DNA of 47,968 nucleotides from Aquiluna sp. (GCA_964202305.1 CAXNHX010000001.1:1-47968); one strand, 5' to 3'. Shown: positions 20,076 to 28,940, counted from the first letter of the stretch. Notes: a model not told the origin generated them from the letters alone. A program made the numbers and translations.

Positions 20076-20934
20076 CGGACTGGTTCTAATAGACAAACCT
20101 CAGGGCATCACTTCTTTCGATGTGGTTGCCAAGCTCCGCAAGAAGCTAAATACCCGCAAGATCGGTCACGCTGGAACGCTAGATCCCATGGCAACCGGCT
20201 TGATGATCTTGGGGGTTAACCAGGGGACCAAGCTGCTTCAATTCCTAATCGGAATGGACAAGCAGTACCAGGCAACAATTCGTATCGGTGCCAGCACGGT
20301 GAGCGATGATGCCGAGGGCGAGATTGTCAATGAGACCGATGCGAGCGGCATTAATGCTTCCCAGGTGGATCATGAGATCTCAAAGCTAAACGGATCAATC
20401 CTCCAAACTCCGAGCTCTGTCAGCGCCAAGAAAATCGAAGGTAAGCGTGCCTATGACTTGGTGCGTGAGGGCGTTGAAGTCCAGCTGAAGCCAAAAGAAG
20501 TGCTGATTTCACGTTTCGATCGGTTCTCAGAGCTGCGGGTTGATGGTGGGTTCATCGACTTTGATGCAGTCGTTGATTGCTCATCCGGCACTTACATTCG
20601 AGCCCTAGCTCGAGATATTGGATTAGCCCTTGGCGTTGGTGGTCACCTAACCGCTCTTCGCCGGACTTCCATCGGTAGCTATTCAATAGAAGCGGCTCAG
20701 GACCTTGGTGACGAGATTGTTCTGACACCTCTTCTTGAGGCAACAGCGAAGCTTTACCCAAATCGAGAACTCAGTGAAGCAGAGGTGGTTGACGTTCACC
20801 ACGGCAAGCCCCTCAAGCTTGATGCAGACGCAGAGGTATTGGCCTTGTCGCACCAGGGTGCACTGGTCGCAATTTCTGCACTTTCCAACGGGCTGTATCG
20901 ATCACAGATCGTGGTTGCGAGCGAGGAAAGTTGA
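20068..20934 (+). CDS. truB: tRNA pseudouridine(55) synthase
   Basis: IDKPQGITSFDVV, GHAGTLDPMATG, CSSGTYIRALARD, LTALRRT. Confidence 0.96.
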   Translation: MASGLVLIDKPQGITSFDVVAKLRKKLNTRKIGHAGTLDPMATGLMILGVNQGTKLLQFLIGMDKQYQATIRIGASTVSDDAEGEIVNETDASGINASQVDHEISKLNGSILQTPSSVSAKKIEGKRAYDLVREGVEVQLKPKEVLISRFDRFSELRVDGGFIDFDAVVDCSSGTYIRALARDIGLALGVGGHLTALRRTSIGSYSIEAAQDLGDEIVLTPLLEATAKLYPNRELSEAEVVDVHHGKPLKLDADAEVLALSHQGALVAISALSNGLYRSQIVVASEES

Positions 20935-21299
20935 TCGAGTTCTTCTACCTGGTGCTGGTTTGGTATTCAGTCGCTGTCGGAATCGTGCTGCTGGGTGCTG
21001 GCTTGTTTGGAACTAAGCCTGGCCCCTTGGCAATCATGGCTATGGCCGGAATTGAAGCCGGGCTCTTAATGCAGCTGCTCATTTCAACCGCGCTCGTTAT
21101 CGCGGGGCAGCGGGCCCAAACCGACACACTTGAATTCTTTGGCTATTTGATAGTGGCAATCATCGTTCCCTTGGCCGCGGGTTTCTGGGGTTTAGCCGAG
21201 CGAACCAAGTATTCAATGATGGTGCTTGGATTTGGAGGGTTAACGGTTGCGGTGATGCTCTATCGAATGCACATTCTCTGGTTCGGGGTTGGTGTTTAG
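20931..21299 (+). CDS. Small integral membrane protein of unknown function (about 4 TM)
   Basis: Hydrophobic 122 aa ORF coupled to truB by TTGA overlap; EFFGYL, WGLAERT, RMHILW resemble a conserved actinobacterial hypothetical family. Confidence 0.8.
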   Translation: MIEFFYLVLVWYSVAVGIVLLGAGLFGTKPGPLAIMAMAGIEAGLLMQLLISTALVIAGQRAQTDTLEFFGYLIVAIIVPLAAGFWGLAERTKYSMMVLGFGGLTVAVMLYRMHILWFGVGV

Positions 21300-21381
21300 G
21301 GGCAGCTGCGAACTTGTGTTCCTTGAATCCGCGCTCTACCCGCCCGAATGCAAACCGTTCCTATACAAAACTCCGTGAGTA

Positions 21382-21403
21382 GTTAACCTTTTGTTAATGA
21401 AGA
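21382..21403 (+). promoter_or_regulatory. PHO-box-like 11-bp direct repeat upstream of pstC
   Basis: GTTAACCTTTT GTTAATGAAGA; GTTAA units exactly 11 nt apart, similar to actinobacterial PhoP GTTCA direct repeats. Confidence 0.6.
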
Positions 21404-21442
21404 AACTACCCCTTTTTTACCTAGCCTCTTCACACTTCTCGC

Positions 21443-22414
21443 ATGTCACTTGAGCACGCGACCAAGCGCGACCTGCAGATGAAGCCTTACCGCTTCGCAG
21501 ACAAAGTCTTTTTCCGCGTTGCGGCTCTAGCTGCGTACTCAGCCATCATCATCATTCTCCTTGTCCTAATCTTCCTGTTGCAGCGCGCCTATCCTGCCTT
21601 TGAGCAGCAGGGCATCCTGGCATTTGCGACAGGTGTTGGTTGGGATAGTTCGGTCGAACCGCAAATTTTCCGAATTGGGCCGCAGTTGTATGGAACGCTG
21701 CTCATCGCAGCTCTCGCAACTGTGATTGCGGTTCCCATGGCGATTTCGATTGCCTACTTCATCGTATTCATCGCCCCGAGATTCCTAGCCACCTCGGCCA
21801 TCATCCTCATCGACTTCCTAGCTGCCATTCCTTCGGTCGTAATCGGTTTGTGGGGTTTGATTGTTTTCGGCCCGGTTGCAGTGGGCTGGGCGGAAACTCT
21901 GCACGAGGCCTTTGGTTGGATTCCAATCTTCAGCCACGACGCTGGAACTTTTGCTAACTCCCCGTTCATAGCATCTCTAGTCCTGGGAATCATGATTGTT
22001 CCAATCATCTCTTCAGTGACTCGAGAAATCTTTTCACAGATGGACCAAGAGGTCATCAAGGCTGCAATCGCAATGGGCGCGAATCGCGAATCTACTCTTC
22101 GCAAGGTGATCCTGCCTACCTCTGCCGGAGGAATCGTGGGAGGCATTCTGCTCGCCTTCGGAAGAGCGATGGGGGAGACGGTAGCGATTTACTTCGTTCT
22201 GAACCTCGTCTACGACAAGGTCAACTGGTTTGAAATCCTGAACCCAGAGGGTGGCAACGTTGCTTCCTTGGTTCTCTCCAAGTTCGGAGAGGCTAGCCAA
22301 ACCGAGATCGAAGCCCTCATGGCAGCCGGCGTCGTTCTCTTCGTGGTCACCCTAATCGTGAATGCTCTGGCTTCCTTCATTGTGAACCGAGCTCAGCCAT
22401 GGAGGAACGTGTGA
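21443..22414 (+). CDS. pstC: Phosphate ABC transporter permease PstC
   Basis: GTLLIAALA, IDFLAAIPSVVIGLWG, IMIVPIISS, FGRAMGETVA, GVVLFVVTLIVN. Confidence 0.95.
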   Translation: MSLEHATKRDLQMKPYRFADKVFFRVAALAAYSAIIIILLVLIFLLQRAYPAFEQQGILAFATGVGWDSSVEPQIFRIGPQLYGTLLIAALATVIAVPMAISIAYFIVFIAPRFLATSAIILIDFLAAIPSVVIGLWGLIVFGPVAVGWAETLHEAFGWIPIFSHDAGTFANSPFIASLVLGIMIVPIISSVTREIFSQMDQEVIKAAIAMGANRESTLRKVILPTSAGGIVGGILLAFGRAMGETVAIYFVLNLVYDKVNWFEILNPEGGNVASLVLSKFGEASQTEIEALMAAGVVLFVVTLIVNALASFIVNRAQPWRNV

Positions 22415-23496
22415 GTACCTCAAGAGTGCCTCTCGCCCCCGTCGAGCGTCCGATTGATTCGAAGCCCTGGTCGAAGGTAGCCCCAAGGCTGAGAAGCACA
22501 GTAATTCTTGTCAGCGTGCTGCCGTTGGTCGCCTCGCTTGGCATTTGGGCCAGTTCCGGGGTCGACTTCATCGTTGCACTGTTTGCTGTTTTTCTTCCCC
22601 TACAGCTTTTGGGTGGAGCGATAGCTGGTTTCGTTGGGTACGGCCGCCGTGGAATCGCGGATGGCTTGCTTGTGGTCGTGACTTTCTTCCTGTCTGCATT
22701 CGTGCTCATTTTGCTACTGAGTGTGGTTTGGTCCGTCTTTGCAACTGGATTCCAAGCCCTCAGCCCGCATTTCTTCTTTCAGAACAATAAGTACGTGGGT
22801 CCCACTACTGACCTGAGTTATGGCGGACTGGGCCATGCTCTCGTCGGCACCATCTTGGTGGTATTTTTCACAACTCTGATCACGGTGCCGCTGGGGGTAG
22901 CTACTGCGGTCTACATCACAGAAACCCAGGGCAAGTCCAGGGGACTGATTCGGACCATGCTTCAGGCAATGAGTGGATTACCTTCGGTTGTAGCTGGGCT
23001 TTTCATTTACTCAATGTTGATTGCGTCAGGTGTGAGTTCCTATGCGGGATACGCAGGCTCGCTAGCCCTAGTTCCTCTCATGTTGCCAACTGTTAGCCGA
23101 GTCGCAGAGGAATCCCTGAGGCTAGTACCAAAGGAGCTTCGCAACGGCGCTTTGGCTTTGGGTGCACCATCGTGGAGGGCCTTCTTTATGGTGACCCTGC
23201 CTGCGGCGCGTTCCGGAATAGTGACTGCGATCCTCCTGGGAATCGCCAGGATCATTGGGGAAACTGCGCCACTTCTACTGACTATCTTCAGCAACAATGG
23301 AACTAACTGGAACTTGTTCTCAGATGGAATGGCCTCTCTTCCGACCTACCTGTTCTTGAACCTCTCGTTTGGAACTGATGGTTCGATTGCTCGCGCATGG
23401 GGAGCAGCCGCAACCATCATGATCCTGGTGGCAGTTATCTTTACCCTCGCGCGCGTAGCCTCGGCGCCACGCAAAGCTAGAAAGGCTAAAAAGTAA
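22411..23496 (+). CDS. pstA: Phosphate ABC transporter permease PstA
   Basis: GGLGHALVGT, GLPSVVAGLF, EESLRLVP, ARIIGETAPLL, RAWGAA; GTG 22411 has SD GGAGG and overlaps the pstC stop. Confidence 0.95.
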   Translation: MSTSRVPLAPVERPIDSKPWSKVAPRLRSTVILVSVLPLVASLGIWASSGVDFIVALFAVFLPLQLLGGAIAGFVGYGRRGIADGLLVVVTFFLSAFVLILLLSVVWSVFATGFQALSPHFFFQNNKYVGPTTDLSYGGLGHALVGTILVVFFTTLITVPLGVATAVYITETQGKSRGLIRTMLQAMSGLPSVVAGLFIYSMLIASGVSSYAGYAGSLALVPLMLPTVSRVAEESLRLVPKELRNGALALGAPSWRAFFMVTLPAARSGIVTAILLGIARIIGETAPLLLTIFSNNGTNWNLFSDGMASLPTYLFLNLSFGTDGSIARAWGAAATIMILVAVIFTLARVASAPRKARKAKK

Positions 23497-24276
23497 ATGG
23501 TTGAATCGATATCCCACCTACAGACCGAGAACATAAATGTCTGGTTTGGGCAGCGTCACGTTCTAAAGGACGTTTCACTCACTTTTCCAGGTAACCAAGT
23601 CACCGCCCTGATCGGCCCATCGGGTTGCGGTAAGTCAACTTTTATCCGAACCCTAAACCGCATGCACGAGCTTATTCCCAGCGCAGGACTTTCAGGCAAG
23701 GTTTTGGTAGATGGAAGCGATATTTACGACCGTGGTGTAGACCCCGTTGATGTTCGCCTGAAAATCGGCATGGTCTTCCAAAAGCCAAACCCATTCCCAA
23801 CCATGTCTATCGGCGAGAACGTAGTTTCCGGCTTGAAGCTCTCGGGCCAGAAGACACCCAACTCGGAAGAAATCATCGAGACCTCGCTACGCAGGGCTTC
23901 TATGTGGAATGAAGTGAAGGACCGCTTGGGTGACCCAGCGATTTCGCTTTCCGGTGGTCAGCAACAGCGTTTGTGCATAGCTCGAGGTCTCGCGATGACT
24001 CCGGACGTAATGCTGATGGACGAGCCCTGCTCCGCCCTCGACCCCGGTTCCACAAGACGCATTGAGGAAACAATATTGGAGTTGAAAGACTCAATGACGA
24101 TTGTGATCGTTACCCACAATAGGCAGCAGGCGCAAAGAATTTCTGACCAGACTGCGTTCTTCTTGGCGGATGACGGAGAGCCTGGTCACGTGGTGGAATT
24201 CGGTCCAACTCAGACGATTTTTACTCGTCCGAGTGACGATAGAACCAACGACTACGTCAACGGACACTTCGGTTAA
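23497..24276 (+). CDS. pstB: Phosphate ABC transporter ATP-binding protein PstB
   Basis: [57 protein letters not shown]. Confidence 0.97.
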   Translation: MVESISHLQTENINVWFGQRHVLKDVSLTFPGNQVTALIGPSGCGKSTFIRTLNRMHELIPSAGLSGKVLVDGSDIYDRGVDPVDVRLKIGMVFQKPNPFPTMSIGENVVSGLKLSGQKTPNSEEIIETSLRRASMWNEVKDRLGDPAISLSGGQQQRLCIARGLAMTPDVMLMDEPCSALDPGSTRRIEETILELKDSMTIVIVTHNRQQAQRISDQTAFFLADDGEPGHVVEFGPTQTIFTRPSDDRTNDYVNGHFG

Positions 24277-24293
24277 CCCAAAGTTTACTTTTC
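24272..24293 (+). promoter_or_regulatory. PHO-box-like 11-bp direct repeat upstream of pstS
   Basis: GTTAACCCAAA GTTTACTTTTC, units 11 nt apart, overlapping the pstB stop codon. Confidence 0.6.
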
Positions 24294-24390
24294 CGCCTAG
24301 TTACGTTTGCTAAATAAACAACTCGATTTAATGCTCTGCAAATTGTCTAGAGGTGTCGACTCGACATTCATTACTTGTAAGGAGAAGCTC

Positions 24391-25425
24391 ATGCGCAGAA
24401 AGAGCGCTTTTATCACCGCTATTGCTTTGGTCCTAGGATCTCTAGCAATTGCCCCAGCCGCCAACGCTGAGACCATCTCAGGATCTGGTTCCTCATACGC
24501 AGGAAAGATGTTCGCTGAATGTATCGCTGGATACACCGATCACACCGTTTCCTACAACCCTGCTGGATCATCCACAGGTAAGAGAGACTTCACTGCGGGC
24601 ACCACCACCTTCGGTGCATCCGACTCGCTATACACCTCGGGTAAGCCAGCATTCCCGTTCACCTACATTCCAGCCGTTGCCGGTCCTATCGCGGTTGCCT
24701 ACAACGCTCCAGAGCTGAAGAACTTCCGTCTGACCCCTGCACTAATCTCCGACATCTTCTTGGGCAAGATCACCAAGTGGAATGACCCGAAGATTGCAGC
24801 TGTAAACAAGGGCATCAAGCTTCCAAACGAGAAGTTCACCGTTGTTTACCGCAAGGACGGTTCCGGAACCTCCAACAACTTCGCTAACTGGCTAAAGCAG
24901 ACCGTGGGTAAGCCATGGGTCCAGAACGACAGCTGGGTGACCGCAACCGGTAACGCAGCAGTAGGTATAGCTGGAGACAAGAACCAGGGTGTTCGCGCCG
25001 AGATGGTGAAGGTTCCTTACTCCATCGGTTACCTTGACCTAGCAGATGCTCTTCAGGCTGGCTTTGGTCTAACCGCTGTTGAGAACGGTGCTAAGAAGTT
25101 CGTAAAGCCTTCAGTAGCAACCGCGCGTAACTTCCTAGCAGCGCAGACCATGAAGACCAACGGTGAGGTGCTATTTGACTACCGCAAGACCGCAGGTCAG
25201 GACTCAACCGGCAAGAAGACCACCAACTACTACTCAATCGTGCTAGTTGCTTACGCCATGGCTCCAACCAAGTCCACCAACGCCGCTAAGTCCGCCGCCG
25301 CCAAGGACTTCCTTGGCTACGTCGTGAACACGTGTGTTCCATCAAAGGGAGCAAAGCTTGGTTACGTCGCCTTCTCTGGATCTTTCCAGAAGCGCGCAAA
25401 CCAGTTGCTTGCAACCGTAAAGTAA
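24391..25425 (+). CDS. pstS: Phosphate ABC transporter substrate-binding protein PstS (Sec/SPase I signal)
   Basis: ISGSGSS, YNPAGSSTG, FGASD, IFLGKITKWNDP, VYRKDGSGTS, SIGY; ATG 24391 after SD AAGGAG; signal ends ANA-E with no lipobox. Confidence 0.93.
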   Translation: MRRKSAFITAIALVLGSLAIAPAANAETISGSGSSYAGKMFAECIAGYTDHTVSYNPAGSSTGKRDFTAGTTTFGASDSLYTSGKPAFPFTYIPAVAGPIAVAYNAPELKNFRLTPALISDIFLGKITKWNDPKIAAVNKGIKLPNEKFTVVYRKDGSGTSNNFANWLKQTVGKPWVQNDSWVTATGNAAVGIAGDKNQGVRAEMVKVPYSIGYLDLADALQAGFGLTAVENGAKKFVKPSVATARNFLAAQTMKTNGEVLFDYRKTAGQDSTGKKTTNYYSIVLVAYAMAPTKSTNAAKSAAAKDFLGYVVNTCVPSKGAKLGYVAFSGSFQKRANQLLATVK

Positions 25426-25444
25426 CAAAGGTCGAAGTCAGGGT

Positions 25445-25478
25445 GGACCGAGGCGATTCGTCGCCTCGGTCCTCTCTT
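25445..25478 (+). terminator. Strong hairpin after pstS (terminator or mRNA-stabilising element)
   Basis: GGACCGAGGCGA-TTCG-TCGCCTCGGTCC perfect 12-bp stem followed by TCTCTT. Confidence 0.75.
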
Positions 25479-25497
25479 CGAAACGGAGGAAAACAAT

Positions 25498-26544
25498 ATG
25501 AGGCGTCCGATAGTGGTAGCCCTAATGGCAATCGCAGCTTCGCTCACCCTAACCGCGTGTGACCCTCCTATCCCTCAATCGCTCCTCGTAGCTCAGGCTG
25601 AACAGCAGGTTCAGTGCGGTGAGCCAGGCCCGGTGAACGTCTTTGTTGACTACAGCTTCGTAGACCTCGGTTACACCTGGGCCGAGATCGCTATGGAAAA
25701 CTGCCCTGAACTGGAGGTCAACGTAGTTGAGGCCAGTGACGAGGCCGACATCATAATTAGCGCGAGTCCAGCGCAGTGTGAGCCCCTTGCAATAGCACCT
25801 GTCGCTTTTGATGCATCTTCGATTGTGTTTTACCTCGACGAAGCTTTCGCACTAAATCTCTCTCCGGCGGCCATCCAAGGTATCTTCTCCGGCTCTATAA
25901 CTAACTGGAGCGACGAGGCAATCGCTAAGGACAATCCTGACGTTGAGCTACCTGACCTTGAGATTGTGGTGCTGGAGTCAAGTCTGCAGCAAACCATATC
26001 CGCCATGGAGAATTGGACCGCCCAACTGACAGGAGAAACGGTTGCTTTCTCACTCTTGAGCGACGATCAGTCCGCCTACTTCTCGGACTTAGCGTTTGAA
26101 TTCGAAGCAGGCACGATTGGTTTGATTCCGAAGTCTGACTCCCTTGTGGCTGGCATGACGCCGATCAACCTAGCCCTCGAGGACGGATCCTTCATCGTCT
26201 CCGAGCAGCAGTCGATCTACGCCGGAGGAACAAAATTTGGATTCTCCAGCCAGGAGAATCAGGTTATTGCCACCTATGACCCTGAGCTGCAGCCACAACC
26301 CTCACCAGGCACAAGCGAAGTAGCTGTTCCTTATGAGGCGGTCTACCCTGTAAGTCTCACAATCTGTGGTGAGGACAACCTCACAAAGCGAGCTTTTGCC
26401 CGTTACACCGTAAGGCTTGATGCTCAGGGTGTTGTCGCAACAACTTCGCTGTTGGCAATGGGTGAAGATCTCAGAATTGCGTCAGCCAGCCTTCTCGGGG
26501 TGGGGCTCCCAGTGCCAGAGATCGTGGAAATCGAAGAGCAGTAA
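25498..26544 (+). CDS. Degenerate PstS-like lipoprotein, highly acidic
   Basis: LTAC lipobox; LNLSPAAIQGIFSGSITNWSDEAIAKDNPDVELP matches the PstS core; phosphate-binding motifs not recognisable; SD GGAGG. Confidence 0.8.
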   Translation: MRRPIVVALMAIAASLTLTACDPPIPQSLLVAQAEQQVQCGEPGPVNVFVDYSFVDLGYTWAEIAMENCPELEVNVVEASDEADIIISASPAQCEPLAIAPVAFDASSIVFYLDEAFALNLSPAAIQGIFSGSITNWSDEAIAKDNPDVELPDLEIVVLESSLQQTISAMENWTAQLTGETVAFSLLSDDQSAYFSDLAFEFEAGTIGLIPKSDSLVAGMTPINLALEDGSFIVSEQQSIYAGGTKFGFSSQENQVIATYDPELQPQPSPGTSEVAVPYEAVYPVSLTICGEDNLTKRAFARYTVRLDAQGVVATTSLLAMGEDLRIASASLLGVGLPVPEIVEIEEQ

Positions 26545-26563
26545 TCTTCGATAAACTCGAGGG

Positions 26564-26953
26564 GTGTCAACCCAACTCGGATTTGGCCGCCTTCTTGTTG
26601 CGGTTTACTGGGTTTTTGCCGTCTCTGCATCTGCTAGGGCCATTTATCAGTTGATAAAGGAGTTCCCGGAGGCCCCCGTTGCGTACTCGCTCTCAGCCAT
26701 TGCTGCGGCTGTCTACGTCGTTGCCACCATCGCACTTTCGCTGGGAATCAGAGGTCGAAGGTTAGCTCTCCTGGCATTGGGTTTTGAGCTTGCAGGAGTC
26801 TTGATTGTTGGGGTTATGAGTTTGGCTCTACCGGAGTTGTTTGCTCACCCATCGGTCTGGTCAGGTTTTGGGTCTGGTTACGGATACGTGCCGCTAATCC
26901 TGCCGATCGTTGGCCTTATCTGGCTTTGGAGGCATCGTGCTGCAAATAGCTAG
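26564..26953 (+). CDS. Small integral membrane protein of unknown function
   Basis: GRLLVAVY, APVAYSLSA, FELAGVLIVG, SVWSGFGSGYGYVPLILP; actinobacterial hypothetical family style. Confidence 0.82.
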   Translation: MSTQLGFGRLLVAVYWVFAVSASARAIYQLIKEFPEAPVAYSLSAIAAAVYVVATIALSLGIRGRRLALLALGFELAGVLIVGVMSLALPELFAHPSVWSGFGSGYGYVPLILPIVGLIWLWRHRAANS

Positions 26954-27863
26954 CCCACGAGAGCTCCCCGAGGATTTTGCTGATACAGCTGTGGCCATCG
27001 GTAAATTTGATGGTGTCCATCTTGGACATCAACAGCTGTTTCACGAGTTAGTAGAACTAAGTGAAGAGGCTGGGCTCGCCGCTACAGTGTTCACATTTGA
27101 TCGGCACCCCAGAACACTCTTTGATCCAGCAGGTGCTCCAAGGTCAATAATTGGCCCAATTCAGAAAGCCGCACTCCTAGAAGGTGAAGGCATCGACCTG
27201 GTGCTGACCGCAACTTTTGACCAAGCGCTTGCCTCTTTGTCACCGGAAGAGTTTGTCGCAAAGTATCTGGTTCCGCTTCGGGCTCGAGTGGTGATGGTTG
27301 GTGAGGGTTTCAGGTTTGGGTCAGGCGGCAAAGGGACCATTGAGGACCTCAGAAGAATCGGGCAATCTCAGGGCTTTAGCGCTCGCGAGGTTCGCAATGT
27401 CACCTTGGGCTCGAGCAAGATATCTAGCACGAGAATCCGTGCTCTGCTAGATGAGGGCAATGTCGCTGAAGCCGCAATACTTCTTGGTCGAAACCACGAG
27501 ACCACAGGTGTAGTTGAGCATGGTCGAAAGCTTGGGCGCACCATAGGTTTTCCAACGGCCAACATCTCTCGTGCAGCGGAAGGATACCTTCCTGCCGACG
27601 GTGTTTATGCGGGATATCTTCTGGCTAATGGGGTTCGCTACCCAGCAGCCCACTCGGTTGGAACAAATGATTCGGTAGCGGAGGTCCCAAGACTCTTGGA
27701 GTCTCACGTCATCGGGCGCGATGATCTCGATCTTTACGACCAGATCGTGACTTGCGAGTACGTGGAGAAGGTCCGTGGCTGGGCGAAGTTTGATTCATTA
27801 GAGGCCTTGGTTGAGCAAATCGGCAAGGATGTTGCGGTTGCGGCTAGCTTGCTGGGGGAGTAG
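26937..27863 (+). CDS. ribF: Bifunctional riboflavin kinase/FAD synthetase
   Basis: IGKFDGVHLGHQ, TFDRHP, FRFG, ISSTRIR, GRTIGFPTAN, PADGVYA, ESHV; GTG 26937 after SD GGAGG. Confidence 0.96.
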   Translation: MLQIASPRELPEDFADTAVAIGKFDGVHLGHQQLFHELVELSEEAGLAATVFTFDRHPRTLFDPAGAPRSIIGPIQKAALLEGEGIDLVLTATFDQALASLSPEEFVAKYLVPLRARVVMVGEGFRFGSGGKGTIEDLRRIGQSQGFSAREVRNVTLGSSKISSTRIRALLDEGNVAEAAILLGRNHETTGVVEHGRKLGRTIGFPTANISRAAEGYLPADGVYAGYLLANGVRYPAAHSVGTNDSVAEVPRLLESHVIGRDDLDLYDQIVTCEYVEKVRGWAKFDSLEALVEQIGKDVAVAASLLGE

Positions 27864-27872
27864 GTTTCGAAA

Positions 27873-28442
27873 ATGAGCTTTACAGGGGCAATCGCCGCAG
27901 GATTCAGAAACTACGTCAACTTCAAAGGTCGGGCCTCGCGCAGCGAGTTTTGGTACTGGGTGCTGTTTACCATTCTTCTCTCGATTGTGCTTTCTACCCT
28001 CGAGAGTGTTATCTGGCCAGCCCCTATGGCATCTCCAGACTGGATGCAGAACCTGGAAATGACCTTCTCCCAGCCCACGCCAATCACAAACCTTGCCAGT
28101 TTGATTCTCTTACTTCCAAATCTCGCGGTCACAGCAAGACGTTTTCACGATGCTGGGTTCAGCGCCAAGTGGTTGCTTATTCAACTGGTTCCAGTCGGGT
28201 ACGGGTTTTTCGCCGCAGTTGGTGTTATCACAGTTCTATCGAGTGCACCAAGTGGTCAGATGCTTGGCACCGAGGAGTTGATGTCGCTTATCTTCCTAGT
28301 TATTCCGATTTTCGGACTGTTCATAGCTGCGTTCGTTGTCTTTCTGGTTTTGGCTCTTCGGCCCACCAAGTCCTTCTATGACGGCAATCGCTATGTCGAA
28401 CCCGAACCGCTGAGTTCAATGGATGAGGGAACCACCGCCTAG
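27873..28442 (+). CDS. DUF805 family membrane protein
   Basis: YVNFKGRASRSEFWYW and ARRFHDAGFS signature motifs. Confidence 0.9.
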   Translation: MSFTGAIAAGFRNYVNFKGRASRSEFWYWVLFTILLSIVLSTLESVIWPAPMASPDWMQNLEMTFSQPTPITNLASLILLLPNLAVTARRFHDAGFSAKWLLIQLVPVGYGFFAAVGVITVLSSAPSGQMLGTEELMSLIFLVIPIFGLFIAAFVVFLVLALRPTKSFYDGNRYVEPEPLSSMDEGTTA

Positions 28443-28474
28443 CAATTTCGGCGAGTTTTCTCTAGACTTCTCAG

Positions 28475-28556
28475 GTTGCCGTGTAACGGCCGCGGATAAA
28501 GAGAGCCCCGAACACAGTGTTTGAGGCGCCGCGCAGCGGATTGAAAGGATCAGCAA
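28475..28556 (+). ncRNA. Structured rpsO 5' leader, candidate S15-binding autoregulatory RNA
   Basis: -10 TAGACT at 28463-28468; GCCGT/ACGGC hairpin, CGCGG/CCGCG and GAACAC/GTGTTT stems, GTTGC/GCAGC closing pairs, just before SD GAAAGGA. Confidence 0.55.
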
Positions 28557-28826
28557 ATGGCATTGGACCCAAGCGTCAAAACCCAAATCATCGAGGAATA
28601 CGCCACTAAGCCTGGCGACACCGGCTCCCCAGAGGTTCAAATTGCAGTGCTGAGCCGCCGCATCGCAGACCTCACCGAGCACCTCAAAGACCACAAGCAC
28701 GACCACCACACCCGTCGTGGACTGCTGCTTCTAGTTGGTCGCCGTCGCCGTCTTCTCGGCTACCTCCAGAACGTTGACATCGAGCGCTACCGTGCATTGA
28801 TCGAGCGTCTCGGACTTCGTCGATAA
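28557..28826 (+). CDS. rpsO: 30S ribosomal protein S15
   Basis: [34 protein letters not shown]. Confidence 0.99.
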   Translation: MALDPSVKTQIIEEYATKPGDTGSPEVQIAVLSRRIADLTEHLKDHKHDHHTRRGLLLLVGRRRRLLGYLQNVDIERYRALIERLGLRR

Positions 28827-28844
28827 ATTTAGTTTCATTGATTT

Positions 28845-28876
28845 GGCCCTCGCCTATGGCGGGGGCTTTATCTTTT
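28845..28876 (+). terminator. Intrinsic terminator after rpsO
   Basis: GGCCCTCGCC-TAT-GGCGGGGGCT followed by TTATCTTTT. Confidence 0.8.
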
Positions 28877-28940
28877 GCGGGCTGTTTGTCCTAGGTAATT
28901 CGTGACTAAATTGTTAGGCTTTAGGTAAGAGGTTTCGAAG

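Noticed and set aside
21300-21380. Unexplained spacer before the pst module as a possible sRNA, small ORF or attachment site
   Set aside because: Only a 10-codon minus-strand ORF, no strong structure, and no matching repeat at the right end of the module.
24307-24390. Longer PstS start proposed by the ORF track
   Set aside because: SD AAGGAG and a classic signal peptide begin at ATG 24391.
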